Below, one piece after another: positions 19,057-29,136 of a DNA stretch of 64,000 bases (the first letter of the stretch is position 1; every line of letters starts with the position of its first letter). The notes beneath the pieces are model-generated. The model was not told the origin of the DNA. It saw only the letters and a list, made by a program, of their open reading frames with translations, and ran no database searches. Source of the DNA: Candidatus Heimdallarchaeota archaeon (lineage in GTDB: Archaea > Asgardarchaeota > Heimdallarchaeia > Heimdallarchaeales > Heimdallarchaeaceae); contig JAUVXV010000007.1 in assembly GCA_030603365.1 (NCBI GenBank), forward strand, positions 89,346-153,345, read 5' to 3'. Made by a program: the position numbers and the translations under genes.

Positions 19057-20736
19057 ATGTCAAGTGAGAAAAATATTTTTTGTTCCGAATGTGGTTCTGG
19101 AAATCCTGATACAGCTAAATTTTGTAGAGAATGTGGATTCAACCTTGAAAAAAGAAAAGCTCTTCCGTTGAAATCTTCACTCCTTGTTCAGAACTCTGAA
19201 GAAGAAACTGGAGAGGGCAGTGATGTTTTTATTAGTTATGAGTGTTTAAGTTGTAATGCTTTAAATCCGTCAACAAATGAATATTGTTTTCACTGTGGAA
19301 TATACGGATTTTACGAACAACTCTTGTGTTCAAAATGTCGTGATATTGTAAAAGAAGAAGAAACTACATGCGATAGCTGCAATTTACAATTCAGTAAGAG
19401 GGATACATCAGAATTAGGAATACTAGAGTTTGATAGGGAAGAAAAAGATAGATTCATGGTTGAAATAATAAATGCCATTCAAAGAAGTGGATACAGCTTG
19501 GATTCATCTTTTTATGAAGGAAGAATGAGAAATTCTTTGAATCACTATACAACAATCAAACTACTAATGTCACCAGAATGTCCTCAAAAATTATTAGACA
19601 AATATACCACACTTCCCACCAAAAAACAAGCGTCACTTAAAGCAGATTCTGCTGCTGTAGAGAAACTACAAAAAATTTCTGAATTGTATACCAAAACTTT
19701 AGCTCTAGCCCCTCTGGCCTTGAAATACTGGGAAAATAGTGTGAGTTTAGTTGCTTACTTTTGGTATTTCCTGAATGATGAGAAATCTCCAAGTAAAGAA
19801 CAGGAAATGGTTTCATCAAATCTCATACAGTATTTGAAAAATTCCGATAAGTTAGTTGAATATTTGTTTGCTATAGCTTCAACAGATAAACAGACTTACA
19901 TTGTAGCTCAGGAGAAACGACTCAATGATCATCTTTTGTTGAATCTTTTACCAAAATACCAAAAGGAAGGAATGCCTTTGGCAATTGTAATAAATAGTTT
20001 GGGAACAATAGGTAACACTATTGATTCAGATTTCGGGTCTAAGGAAAAAAATAAACTCGATGACTACTATAAATCAAAATCTCTAAAGTATTTTGAAGCA
20101 GCAGTTATACTTACGGCATGCACTACAAATTTTATGTGGAAGAATAAAATGGTAAAATTAATACCATTAGTAATGAATAATCAAATAAATCAGACACAAG
20201 AAAAAGGTGAGAAAATATCTGTTCGAACTCGTATGCAAATAAACGAGAAATTACTTAAAGCGGCTATAGATTCAACTAAAAAATCTCCTAAAATTTTGGA
20301 TGAGGATTCAATTAAAACTATATTGTATTGTATAGGATTTCTGTATGCAAAAAGTAATTATCAAGAAATTAAGAAGGAAGGACAAAAAGTTTTGAAACTA
20401 ATTGATGAATTATTTGAGGAAACTATTTCAAAAAGGATTAAAATCTTTATAGGAGACTTCAATGCAATCTCAATAGGTTTAGCTTATATTTATGATAATA
20501 AAGTATCATTATATACAGATAGAATTTTAGTACTCGCAAAAACGCTAAAAGATTCAGAAGATAGAAACAATCTAATTTATAATGCAACGGAAGGCTTAGG
20601 ATTTTTCTTCAGACAAACCAGACAAATTTGGTCACAAGAAGCTGCAGTCATACTGATAAAGAAATTAGATAAAGAATTTGTTGCTAAAATTGCTGAAGAA
20701 GAAAGGAAGGATCAACGCGAAAAAATGAATAGGTAG
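19057..20736 (+). CDS. Multi-zinc-ribbon (DZR) protein with alpha-helical C-terminal region
   Basis: Six CxxC pairs in the first ~110 aa (CSEC, CREC, CLSC, CFHC, CSKC, CDSC); helical remainder. Confidence 0.75.
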   Translation: MSSEKNIFCSECGSGNPDTAKFCRECGFNLEKRKALPLKSSLLVQNSEEETGEGSDVFISYECLSCNALNPSTNEYCFHCGIYGFYEQLLCSKCRDIVKEEETTCDSCNLQFSKRDTSELGILEFDREEKDRFMVEIINAIQRSGYSLDSSFYEGRMRNSLNHYTTIKLLMSPECPQKLLDKYTTLPTKKQASLKADSAAVEKLQKISELYTKTLALAPLALKYWENSVSLVAYFWYFLNDEKSPSKEQEMVSSNLIQYLKNSDKLVEYLFAIASTDKQTYIVAQEKRLNDHLLLNLLPKYQKEGMPLAIVINSLGTIGNTIDSDFGSKEKNKLDDYYKSKSLKYFEAAVILTACTTNFMWKNKMVKLIPLVMNNQINQTQEKGEKISVRTRMQINEKLLKAAIDSTKKSPKILDEDSIKTILYCIGFLYAKSNYQEIKKEGQKVLKLIDELFEETISKRIKIFIGDFNAISIGLAYIYDNKVSLYTDRILVLAKTLKDSEDRNNLIYNATEGLGFFFRQTRQIWSQEAAVILIKKLDKEFVAKIAEEERKDQREKMNR

Positions 20737-20766
20737 AGTAACCTCTGATCAAGCTATAAATTAGAA

Positions 20767-21384
20767 TTATATTGTAAGCAATGTTTTCTGTAGTTTCTTT
20801 ATCACTACTTTCTTTTTCTTTTCGAGAAATTTTCCTGGAATTTCTGTCTTAGTTACTTTCGAATATTTCTTAAGCAATACAATGTTTTGCAGCAGAGATA
20901 AATCTTCATCCGCTCTTTGATAAAGTTCTCCTAGAGCTTCTTTGAACAACTTCTGATCAACTCCATTTTCCAAGTCTTCTTTTAGCATTTTATGAACAAA
21001 TTCTGTAGATCTTTTTTGAAAATAAGCAATAATAACACTTAGGGTTATCATTAATTTGAATTTTCTATCGCTTTTTTGATCATCTTCTAGGTTAGAAAGT
21101 TTATTTTCATAATTATCATAAATTTCTTTTGTTCTTATGTTAAATTTTGTTGCTAGTTGTTTGATGAATTGCTCATCATTCCCCTCATCGAAAGGAGTTA
21201 TGTTCTGTCTAACTATATCAATTAATTCTTCTATAACTTCTCCACTACCCTTTATTTTAATTTTCTTTACAGCTCTTCTATCAATGATAAAGTTGGGTTT
21301 TTCAAAGAATTGTTGAGAAAAGAGATAAGTGACAACTTCAAGGTATTCCCAGTTGTGATTTCTCCCAACTTCACTCCTTGCCAT
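20767..21384 (-). CDS. Hypothetical helical protein
   Basis: 205-aa ORF, charged and helical, no recognised motif. Confidence 0.65.
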   Translation of the reverse strand: MARSEVGRNHNWEYLEVVTYLFSQQFFEKPNFIIDRRAVKKIKIKGSGEVIEELIDIVRQNITPFDEGNDEQFIKQLATKFNIRTKEIYDNYENKLSNLEDDQKSDRKFKLMITLSVIIAYFQKRSTEFVHKMLKEDLENGVDQKLFKEALGELYQRADEDLSLLQNIVLLKKYSKVTKTEIPGKFLEKKKKVVIKKLQKTLLTI

Positions 21385-21448
21385 ACTAACCCATAGTATT
21401 GAGATGCATTGTATTTAAAAACTTTAGCCTTCACTTTTGAGATGAAAT

Positions 21449-22951
21449 TTAGCTCAAATTTTCTAGTATTAAGTCATCAATTTTACTTCTAGATGATGTA
21501 TCTTTTCCGTTAAAAATCTCTTGAGCAATTTTACTTATCTCATCCTCTATTGATTTGCTAAACTTAGGAATTTTGATATTCGCCATTATACGTTGCGTAT
21601 AAGAGATTCTATGTCCCCTTCTTGCTCCAGCAGATAAGTAATAATCTCTAAAGAAGTGACTATTAAGATACCCGAGCAAAAAGAAAGGATCCTTCTTCTG
21701 TGGAACAATAGTTAGAACATCACCTGAAGGGAACAGTGGTTTCGATATCAAACTAAACCTATTAGAAGTACTTCTATCTAAATTAGGGACGAAAATTTTG
21801 GGATCGTCTTTAAAGGTTTTAAGTTTCTCATAATTTCTGAGAGCCTGCCAATGGAACCATTTCTTATTTTCAGGTAAATATCTTACACTCATACTCTCTT
21901 TATAATCAGCAATTTTCAAGTAAATTTGTGGACACTTCTCTTTAAGTTCCTTTTCAGTTAGAATCTTTTTGTCTAAAAGGACATATTCTGTATAACCTTC
22001 TGTCCAAAAACCTTTACAATTTCTAGCCTTGATACAATTTAATAGTAAATTCTTCTCTGTATTGTTTAAAGTCTTCTTGAAATCTTCAGATACAGTATAA
22101 GCCTTCTCAAACCCAGAAACTAAACCTACACCAATCCAAGCAACATTTTTAAGAAAATAATACTCTTTTAGAATTTTTTCTGGATAGGTGGTCCAAATCA
22201 CGTTTTCTTCGGAAAACATATCATGCTCATGATAATCAAAATAGGAACTACTCTCGCTAGTTTCCAATGTTTTTAATGCTTCAGATTTTATTTTCTTTGC
22301 ATTTAAATTACGATTTTTAATTCTTAAAATTCTTATTTGTGGATGGACTTTCTGCTGGGTTTTCACAAATTTAAAGATGATTGTTTCAGGATTTTCTCCC
22401 TCAAATAACCTAGATTCATCTAAATCAATTATAATCTCAATATATCCATTTTGTTTTATTTTGTCTCTGACCACTTTTGCATATGTATTGAAGAAGAAAC
22501 CATATGGAACGATGTAAATTAGCTCTCCACCAGTTTTTAAAAGATCAATGGATTTCATGATAAAGGCGTAATAGATGTCAGACTCTTTGTTTCCAACAAT
22601 ATCTGCAACTTTTATTTTCATCTGTTTTGGTAAAGAGTTGAAGTGGCAATACGGAGGATTACCTATAATAATATCGTATTTTGAGTTTGTTATCCACTCG
22701 AGATAATCTAAGTTGTGGATATTCAGATTTGGAAATTTACTCTTTGTATAGTTACATAGATCATCATCCAACTCAATTCCTGAGATATTAGTGAAACCTA
22801 CTTTTTTTAGCATCTCGATAAATATACCTTTACCTGAACCAGAATCTAGAATAGAAATTCTATCATTTGATTTCTTATTATCGCTAATTGAACCTATCAT
22901 TAAGTTTACGATGGGTTCAGGGGTTTCAACAAAAGCTATAGGTCCAACCAT
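21449..22951 (-). CDS. N6-adenine DNA methyltransferase (gamma class, TaqI/Eco57I-like)
   Basis: Motif I ILDSGSGKG, motif IV IIGNPPY, FIMKSIDLLK.GG.L.YIVP, C-terminal target recognition domain (FFLLGYLNS). Confidence 0.9.
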   Translation of the reverse strand: MVGPIAFVETPEPIVNLMIGSISDNKKSNDRISILDSGSGKGIFIEMLKKVGFTNISGIELDDDLCNYTKSKFPNLNIHNLDYLEWITNSKYDIIIGNPPYCHFNSLPKQMKIKVADIVGNKESDIYYAFIMKSIDLLKTGGELIYIVPYGFFFNTYAKVVRDKIKQNGYIEIIIDLDESRLFEGENPETIIFKFVKTQQKVHPQIRILRIKNRNLNAKKIKSEALKTLETSESSSYFDYHEHDMFSEENVIWTTYPEKILKEYYFLKNVAWIGVGLVSGFEKAYTVSEDFKKTLNNTEKNLLLNCIKARNCKGFWTEGYTEYVLLDKKILTEKELKEKCPQIYLKIADYKESMSVRYLPENKKWFHWQALRNYEKLKTFKDDPKIFVPNLDRSTSNRFSLISKPLFPSGDVLTIVPQKKDPFFLLGYLNSHFFRDYYLSAGARRGHRISYTQRIMANIKIPKFSKSIEDEISKIAQEIFNGKDTSSRSKIDDLILENLS

Positions 22952-23010
22952 TGTCTAAGTACACTAAATGAAAAATATGTGTTCAACATATAAATTCTTG
23001 CTAGAAATCA

Positions 23011-25020
23011 TCAAAGATCTACTTGTTCTAAAAGGTCCTCGATTTTACTTGGAACTGTTGAGACAAACTTAGTAACAACGGGAGGTATTTCTTTGATTCT
23101 ATTTGCTAATGTCATTGACCACATTCTAATGTCCGAGCTTACTTCTGATGCAATAACTGCTACTAAACCATTTTTAATCGCTTGTAATGTTATACAGAAA
23201 TCTTCGTAGTTTACATCTTTCAGTCGTCCTATCTCATCCCCTTCTAGGATACTTTCAGCGAATTGTGTAATTGCCATCAAAAGTCCAGAGAGTAGTAGAT
23301 CATTAGCTTTGAGTTTGTCTTTTAATTTGGAATAAATTGGTATTCCGCTGTCAGAGATTATTAACAATCCTAAAACCTCAACAGTTTTCTGCTTTGCCTG
23401 TGTAAGTTTAAGTGATAGAAGTGATTTAAATTGTGGTAGAATGAACTCGATAATATTCTGACTTTGAATATCAAGTTGCCCTGTTTTGATTGCCTTGTTA
23501 ATGCTTTCCTCAATAACATCAATATCATTCATTAAATCAAAAATATCAATATCTTTACTCAATTCACGAGCTTTCTCTAAATCTCTTTTTGAATCTTCAT
23601 AATCCCCCGTTAATAAGCAAAGCACTGAACAAATCATTAAACTTGTAGCTAAGATTTGTTTATGATTATTTTCTACAGCTAGTTGTCTAACTGTATCTAT
23701 ATACGACATGGCCAGATTAAGTGATTCTTTTTTCTCAAGTAAACGATAATACCACAAATGAGCTATTGCAAGCTGTATATTGCAGAATAGAATCAATTCC
23801 ATATCTTTTGTGTGTTTAGACTGTTCAAGAGATGATTCGAGATAAGCGAGAGCATTGGATAGATTATGATTTAACATTTCGTAAAATCCTCTCAGATAAT
23901 CAACACGAGCATTAATCGATGGAGTTTCTAATTCTTTGGCTAACCCTCTTAACTCCCTGAGATATTTCATAGCAGTTTTCAGATTCTCTACTCGTAAATA
24001 ATAGTGAATAAGTTCATACATGATGAAAGCTTTGTGCATCGATTTTTCTTGTTTCTGAATTTCATAGGCATGTAAGAAAGACTCTTCAGCTCTTTGATCA
24101 CCTAGAAGATAATAGATATTGCCAATTTCTGTCAAATATAGATATGGCCATTTTCCAGTTGATTCTTTATAGAGGGCTATTGCTCTCTCCATCATTTCTT
24201 TAGCTTTTTGTATTTGACCTAAAACAAGATGAACTTCAGCTAAATTTCCTATTGCAATTGATAATCTATAATCGTCTTTAAAATCCTCATGAAGAATTAT
24301 CAATTTCTCAAAACTTTCCATTGCTTCAATATTATCTCCAATGAAGCTGTTTTTTCCTCCTTTAACATTTAAATAGCTGGTTTGTACTTTATAGAAATTG
24401 TATTTTTCTACAAAAGGTTCTATAAAATTAAACATTTCCTCAAAATTCACCTCAACTCCCGAATGAAGATACCACCAGAGAGAATTCATATATGCTTCTT
24501 GCAATCCAAACTGTTCGACTAAATTATCAGTTTTTTGTATTCGTTTTTTCACATACAAATGGATTTCTTTAATTTTGGCTATATCTCCTTGTTGACCATA
24601 CATCCAGGAGCTTATCTCTGCTATATTCGCTTTCATTTCTTCTGAATATTCTGGGTGTTTTTCGAGCTTTTTAATGTTTGATTTCAGATTCTCGAATGAT
24701 TCCTGATAATTTGTAGGGTTCTCCTCAAAATAAGTGATAAAAGCATCTATGTAAGGATGTTCTACCTTCTTTAGGAGATTTATGAAATCATCATCAGCTT
24801 TCATTTTTTGAGTAAGATAACAGCTGAAAGATGCTATTTCTAATTTATCTCCTTCGCTGTATTTATCAGGCTTCTCTAAAACTTCCTGTAATGCAATTGC
24901 TGCACCTTTTCTTATTCTTTCATTTGGATTTTTATCTTGTTGATCTTCAATCAACTCCTTTAACATCATTTGAAGTGGATAAGAGAATCTGTTAACAAAA
25001 AACTCAAGAAATTCTTGCAT
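23011..25020 (-). CDS. TPR-repeat protein with C-terminal longin/roadblock-like domain
   Basis: TPR motifs (AIGNLAEVHLVLGQIQKAKEMMERAIAL); C-terminal GLLIISDSGIPIYS...LLSGLLMAITQFAESI. Confidence 0.8.
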   Translation of the reverse strand: MQEFLEFFVNRFSYPLQMMLKELIEDQQDKNPNERIRKGAAIALQEVLEKPDKYSEGDKLEIASFSCYLTQKMKADDDFINLLKKVEHPYIDAFITYFEENPTNYQESFENLKSNIKKLEKHPEYSEEMKANIAEISSWMYGQQGDIAKIKEIHLYVKKRIQKTDNLVEQFGLQEAYMNSLWWYLHSGVEVNFEEMFNFIEPFVEKYNFYKVQTSYLNVKGGKNSFIGDNIEAMESFEKLIILHEDFKDDYRLSIAIGNLAEVHLVLGQIQKAKEMMERAIALYKESTGKWPYLYLTEIGNIYYLLGDQRAEESFLHAYEIQKQEKSMHKAFIMYELIHYYLRVENLKTAMKYLRELRGLAKELETPSINARVDYLRGFYEMLNHNLSNALAYLESSLEQSKHTKDMELILFCNIQLAIAHLWYYRLLEKKESLNLAMSYIDTVRQLAVENNHKQILATSLMICSVLCLLTGDYEDSKRDLEKARELSKDIDIFDLMNDIDVIEESINKAIKTGQLDIQSQNIIEFILPQFKSLLSLKLTQAKQKTVEVLGLLIISDSGIPIYSKLKDKLKANDLLLSGLLMAITQFAESILEGDEIGRLKDVNYEDFCITLQAIKNGLVAVIASEVSSDIRMWSMTLANRIKEIPPVVTKFVSTVPSKIEDLLEQVDL

Positions 25021-25177
25021 AGAGAGATATTTTTATTGTTTTCATATAAATCTTAAGATTCTCCAAGTATAGAAGTCTCCTAGATTAGATTTTGTTTATT
25101 GTTGAAATTTGGTAGAAGAAAAAGGATTTAAATTAAAGCATAAAAAGCAGAATAATAAGATTAACTGAGGAATTATT

Positions 25178-26224
25178 ATGTCAGTCGAGGATCACAGAAA
25201 AATAGCTAAGGAAAAAATGAGGGGGAAATGTGGAGTCTTTTCTATGTGTGATGGTGCTCCAAACAAAATTTGTCAAGGGAACAGTTATGGAAAACCTATT
25301 GGTTTTGGAGGGGTTGGATCAGGAGCTAGTTTTGTAAATAATGTTCAAGCATTAAAGAAATTAAATCTTAAGATGCGAGAAATTGGTGAGAATTATACAC
25401 CTGACACCAAATATGATTTCTTTGGACACGAATTAACTATGCCAATAATGGGGGCTTCAATAACAGGTGTTAATTCTTTTGGTGGAGATAATGCTATAAC
25501 TGAACCTGATTTTTGCAAAGCAACTGTTCTTGGAGCTAAAGAGGCTGGTACTATTGGTTGGAGAGGAGATACATACACTTATACTTTTGACTTCATGCCT
25601 TGCTATGATGCTATTTGTAATCACGCTGATGGGTGGGGAGTAAAGATTTCCAAACCAAGAGATCAAGAAGTTCTGAAGAAGGTTTTCAAGATGTATGAAG
25701 AGGGAAATGCTATCGCTGTAGGAACCGATGTTGATGGCTGTGGAAGTACAATTATGGCAGCTAACAATAAACCAGTTTTTCGCAAATCTCCTGAAGATAT
25801 TAAAGAATTGGTAAATTACACCAAATTACCTGTAATAATAAAAGGAATTATGTCAGTTGAGGATGCAGTTGCTGCAACAGAAGCTGGTGCTAAAGCAATA
25901 GTGATTTCAAATCATGGTGGAAGAGTTTTAGATCATACACCAGGAACAGCTGATGTTCTTTTCCCAATAGTAGACGAATTAAAAGGTAAGGTTCGAATAA
26001 TAATTGATGGTGGAATTAGGACTGGGTATGATGTTCTCAAAATGCTGGCAATTGGAGCTGAATCTGTTCTTATTGGTAGGGACATTGTGAGAGCAGCTGT
26101 TGGTGGCGGAACAGAAGGTGTAAATGTCTACTTTGAGTTCTTACAAAAAACACTTGTTAAAGCTATGTGGATGACAGGAGTAGCTACATTGGAAGACATT
26201 ACACGTGATGTTATTTATAAGTAA
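25178..26224 (+). CDS. FMN-dependent alpha-hydroxy acid dehydrogenase family protein
   Basis: PVIIKGI, SNHGGR, DGGIRTG, LIGR; N-terminal Cys cluster. Confidence 0.92.
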   Translation: MSVEDHRKIAKEKMRGKCGVFSMCDGAPNKICQGNSYGKPIGFGGVGSGASFVNNVQALKKLNLKMREIGENYTPDTKYDFFGHELTMPIMGASITGVNSFGGDNAITEPDFCKATVLGAKEAGTIGWRGDTYTYTFDFMPCYDAICNHADGWGVKISKPRDQEVLKKVFKMYEEGNAIAVGTDVDGCGSTIMAANNKPVFRKSPEDIKELVNYTKLPVIIKGIMSVEDAVAATEAGAKAIVISNHGGRVLDHTPGTADVLFPIVDELKGKVRIIIDGGIRTGYDVLKMLAIGAESVLIGRDIVRAAVGGGTEGVNVYFEFLQKTLVKAMWMTGVATLEDITRDVIYK

Positions 26225-26231
26225 ATACTAT

Positions 26232-27314
26232 CTATTTAGATAGTAATTTTTTCACTTTTTGAATTGATATTGCTTCTGATTTATTTTCATCTCGTCCTAT
26301 AACAGTTTCAGCCGTTAATAAAGAGTTTAAAATTGATTCTTCAGTGGTTTCAACAACAGCTCTTAGAAGATTTTTGAATAGTTTGGTTCTTTCATTAACA
26401 ATTTTCAACTCAATTAATTCTTGCTTATTGTCATGATCAATAGTATTACTTGTTGAAAAAGCTATAACCACATCTCCTGAACCATGAGATCCAAAACTTC
26501 CAGTTCTAGAAATACCAAGAGGGGCTCGTTTAGCTAATCTGAGAAGTTGTCTTGAATTTAGAGGTGCATCAGTAGCAATTATAATCATTATTGAACCTTT
26601 TACTCTCTCTTCTTCAATGTCATCTATTTCATCGAATTTATGACCCAAAATGCTTAGGTCATTCTTTCCCCCGAAGTTAGACAACACTAATGTACCTAAA
26701 TGATAAGAAAGATTTCCTTCTTCAATCATTCTAGAAGAACTCCCAATTCCAGCTTTAAAGCCAAGAGCCGACATTCCTGTTCCAGCTCCTACTGATCCTT
26801 CTTCAAAAATCTCATTAGCATTTTCTATTGCTTCAAACACATGTTGTTGCTTGACATGCCTACCTTGAATATCGTTTAATTTTCCATCATGACATTCTCC
26901 CACAACAGTATTGATTGTAGTTGTTGATATACCAATATCCGGATTTTCTTTGAGGTGAAAATCAATTAGGGCATCAGCAACTTTCGGAACATTGAGAGTA
27001 TTTGTTAAGGCAATGAAGGATTCTATACTTCCAAGCTCCTGAACTTGAACAAGACCTATAGTTTTTCCGTATCCGTTGAAAACATATGAGCTCGCCCTTA
27101 CTTTTTCTCTGTAAACATTTCCTGAATGTGGTTTGATGATAGTTACACCAGTTCGGATGGGTCCTTGTCCAGGAATGAGTTTACCTTCTCCCTCCGTAAT
27201 AGTACAATGGCCCACCTTCAATCCAGGAACATCTGTAATAAGATTAAGTTTCCCAGTAGGTAAAATTCCTACTTGTAACCCTAAATCTCTCAATCTGCAC
27301 CTTTTATCGCTCAT
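26232..27314 (-). CDS. dmpA: DmpA/P1 (peptidase S58) aminopeptidase
   Basis: NLITDVPG..VGH, NGYGK, GSVGAGTG, autocleavage G|SIMIIIATDAPL, HGSGD. Confidence 0.9.
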   Translation of the reverse strand: MSDKRCRLRDLGLQVGILPTGKLNLITDVPGLKVGHCTITEGEGKLIPGQGPIRTGVTIIKPHSGNVYREKVRASSYVFNGYGKTIGLVQVQELGSIESFIALTNTLNVPKVADALIDFHLKENPDIGISTTTINTVVGECHDGKLNDIQGRHVKQQHVFEAIENANEIFEEGSVGAGTGMSALGFKAGIGSSSRMIEEGNLSYHLGTLVLSNFGGKNDLSILGHKFDEIDDIEEERVKGSIMIIIATDAPLNSRQLLRLAKRAPLGISRTGSFGSHGSGDVVIAFSTSNTIDHDNKQELIELKIVNERTKLFKNLLRAVVETTEESILNSLLTAETVIGRDENKSEAISIQKVKKLLSK

Positions 27315-27360
27315 GATAAACAAGAAGAAAGGATCAAACAGTATTATATTTTTTTGGTTA

Positions 27361-29079
27361 TCAAGTATAATGAAATGTTTCTAAAACCAATCTTTCGTAA
27401 ATTTCATCATACATAGCTACTATGGTCTCTTTAGCTATATCCTTTGAGAATTTTCGTGACACTCTATCTTCAGGCTTTCTTTTCTTCCAGATGTTAGAAA
27501 TGAGTAAGTAGAAAAGTTTTGAAAAATAGTACAAACTTAAAGGAAGAGCTAGTATAACTTTGAACAGAAAAAGAAAAATCTTCAAGATCATATTGAGTGA
27601 TTCTTTAGCCTCGGCTTTTGCAGTTTCATCTAATTCTTCATGAGGTTCGTCGGCTAATAATAGTGAATTCAACCCTTTCTGAATCTCTATAAATTTTGAG
27701 CCGAGATAATTTCCTGATCTTTTGGTCCAGTTTCGTGAAAACATTAACTTGAATCTATTTACAATATGTTTACCATATGAGTAAAAAATCAGCGCAAACT
27801 CAACAAAGGGGACGATGAAACCATAAGAAACATTTCTAAGTTTAATTGCCATTCTCTTGAAAAACTTGTCCTTACCAAAATGATCTAGAATAAATCGATT
27901 GCCTCCTAAGGCTATTGAAAATGCTAACTGATTATATTCTAAATCGCTTATAGGCATATCATATCTTTCTTCTACTTTGATAATACCCTTTAAGGCTCCA
28001 TTAAGTAAGATAGAATTGAAAAACGGTTTGGATACAAACTCATCCTTTAGCTTGTCTGTAACAAAAACTAAGGTATCTTTTGCTTCCTTATAACTCATAG
28101 AATTTTCTTGTGCAAAAGCAGCTAATCCAGGTTCTTTTCTCCAAGGAAGAAGATGAGTTTCTTTTTGCCATAATAAGAGTGAAAAAACTCTAGAAAGAGA
28201 ATCTTCAACTTTGTCCATATCGAGTCTGTCTTCGGTATCTGAAGATAGAAATTCCTCAAAAAGCTTCTTGGATTTTTCAGGTAGTGAAAAAGTTGAAACA
28301 CTAAGGATATTTGTAAAACGTTTCTGAAGATTTTTTAGATCTCCAACTAAATCTACTTTGAACTCCTCAAAAGTGGATGCATCCACAGGTGGTGCCTCAA
28401 AAAAGGAGAAACTTGCTTTTGAAGCTAAATAGGGTAGTGAAAAAAGATTTTCAATTCTTTGATAGAATGACCCCCAACTATATGCTCCAAGTCTGATCAT
28501 CCTTAAACTCGCATGATGGAATATAGAATAGATAGGACCAAAAATGGTTGCTACAAAGGATAACATACCCATTACAGTAGAGCAAACAACCCCAATAGCT
28601 GTTATTACCAACCAATGATACTGCTCAGGTACATCTGCTAAATAGGTTGTTTCTATATATTCTAGCAAAACTTCAAAACTAGCAGTTTGGCTCTGAATAA
28701 GAAGAATAGATGCACCAATAATAACAAATATTATCAGAAGATGATCATATGTTTCTCCGACTCCACGTTGGATGGGATAAGCTTTGTTGATTCTATCTTC
28801 TTTCATAACGATTTCTTCAATTTCTTCCTCAATCTTCACCATTTCTATTTTCTCATGACTAGAAAAAAGATTAGATGCATAAAGAAGATAACGTCGCCAA
28901 AGATTTAGGATGGGAACTAGTTCTCTCAAACCTCTAGGTATAATTAATTCATAAATGAAAAAGAGAAATTTAGCAAATATGACCACAAAATAGAGCAAAA
29001 CTCCAGATATCCATAGAAAAGGAGTTAATACAGTAGTGAGAATCTTGCTGAAACTTTTTTTCATTTGTACAAGTATCAA
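27361..29079 (-). CDS. Multi-pass membrane protein of unknown function (paralog family, copy 1)
   Basis: Several TM segments; shares GLRELVP, YPIxRGVGE, ATIFGP, ENLFSLPY, SFSFFxAPP, GALKGI, MYxExY with 43610..45637 and 45691..47442. Confidence 0.8.
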   Translation of the reverse strand: MILVQMKKSFSKILTTVLTPFLWISGVLLYFVVIFAKFLFFIYELIIPRGLRELVPILNLWRRYLLYASNLFSSHEKIEMVKIEEEIEEIVMKEDRINKAYPIQRGVGETYDHLLIIFVIIGASILLIQSQTASFEVLLEYIETTYLADVPEQYHWLVITAIGVVCSTVMGMLSFVATIFGPIYSIFHHASLRMIRLGAYSWGSFYQRIENLFSLPYLASKASFSFFEAPPVDASTFEEFKVDLVGDLKNLQKRFTNILSVSTFSLPEKSKKLFEEFLSSDTEDRLDMDKVEDSLSRVFSLLLWQKETHLLPWRKEPGLAAFAQENSMSYKEAKDTLVFVTDKLKDEFVSKPFFNSILLNGALKGIIKVEERYDMPISDLEYNQLAFSIALGGNRFILDHFGKDKFFKRMAIKLRNVSYGFIVPFVEFALIFYSYGKHIVNRFKLMFSRNWTKRSGNYLGSKFIEIQKGLNSLLLADEPHEELDETAKAEAKESLNMILKIFLFLFKVILALPLSLYYFSKLFYLLISNIWKKRKPEDRVSRKFSKDIAKETIVAMYDEIYERLVLETFHYT

Positions 29080-29136
29080 TAATACTCATTGTGTTTTTAA
29101 TTTTGTGATACTCTGAATGAAAAGGAAAAAGAGAAT

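Noticed and set aside
20767-21384. Cognate restriction endonuclease of the adjacent methyltransferase
   Set aside because: No recognisable nuclease catalytic motif; the sequence looks all-helical.
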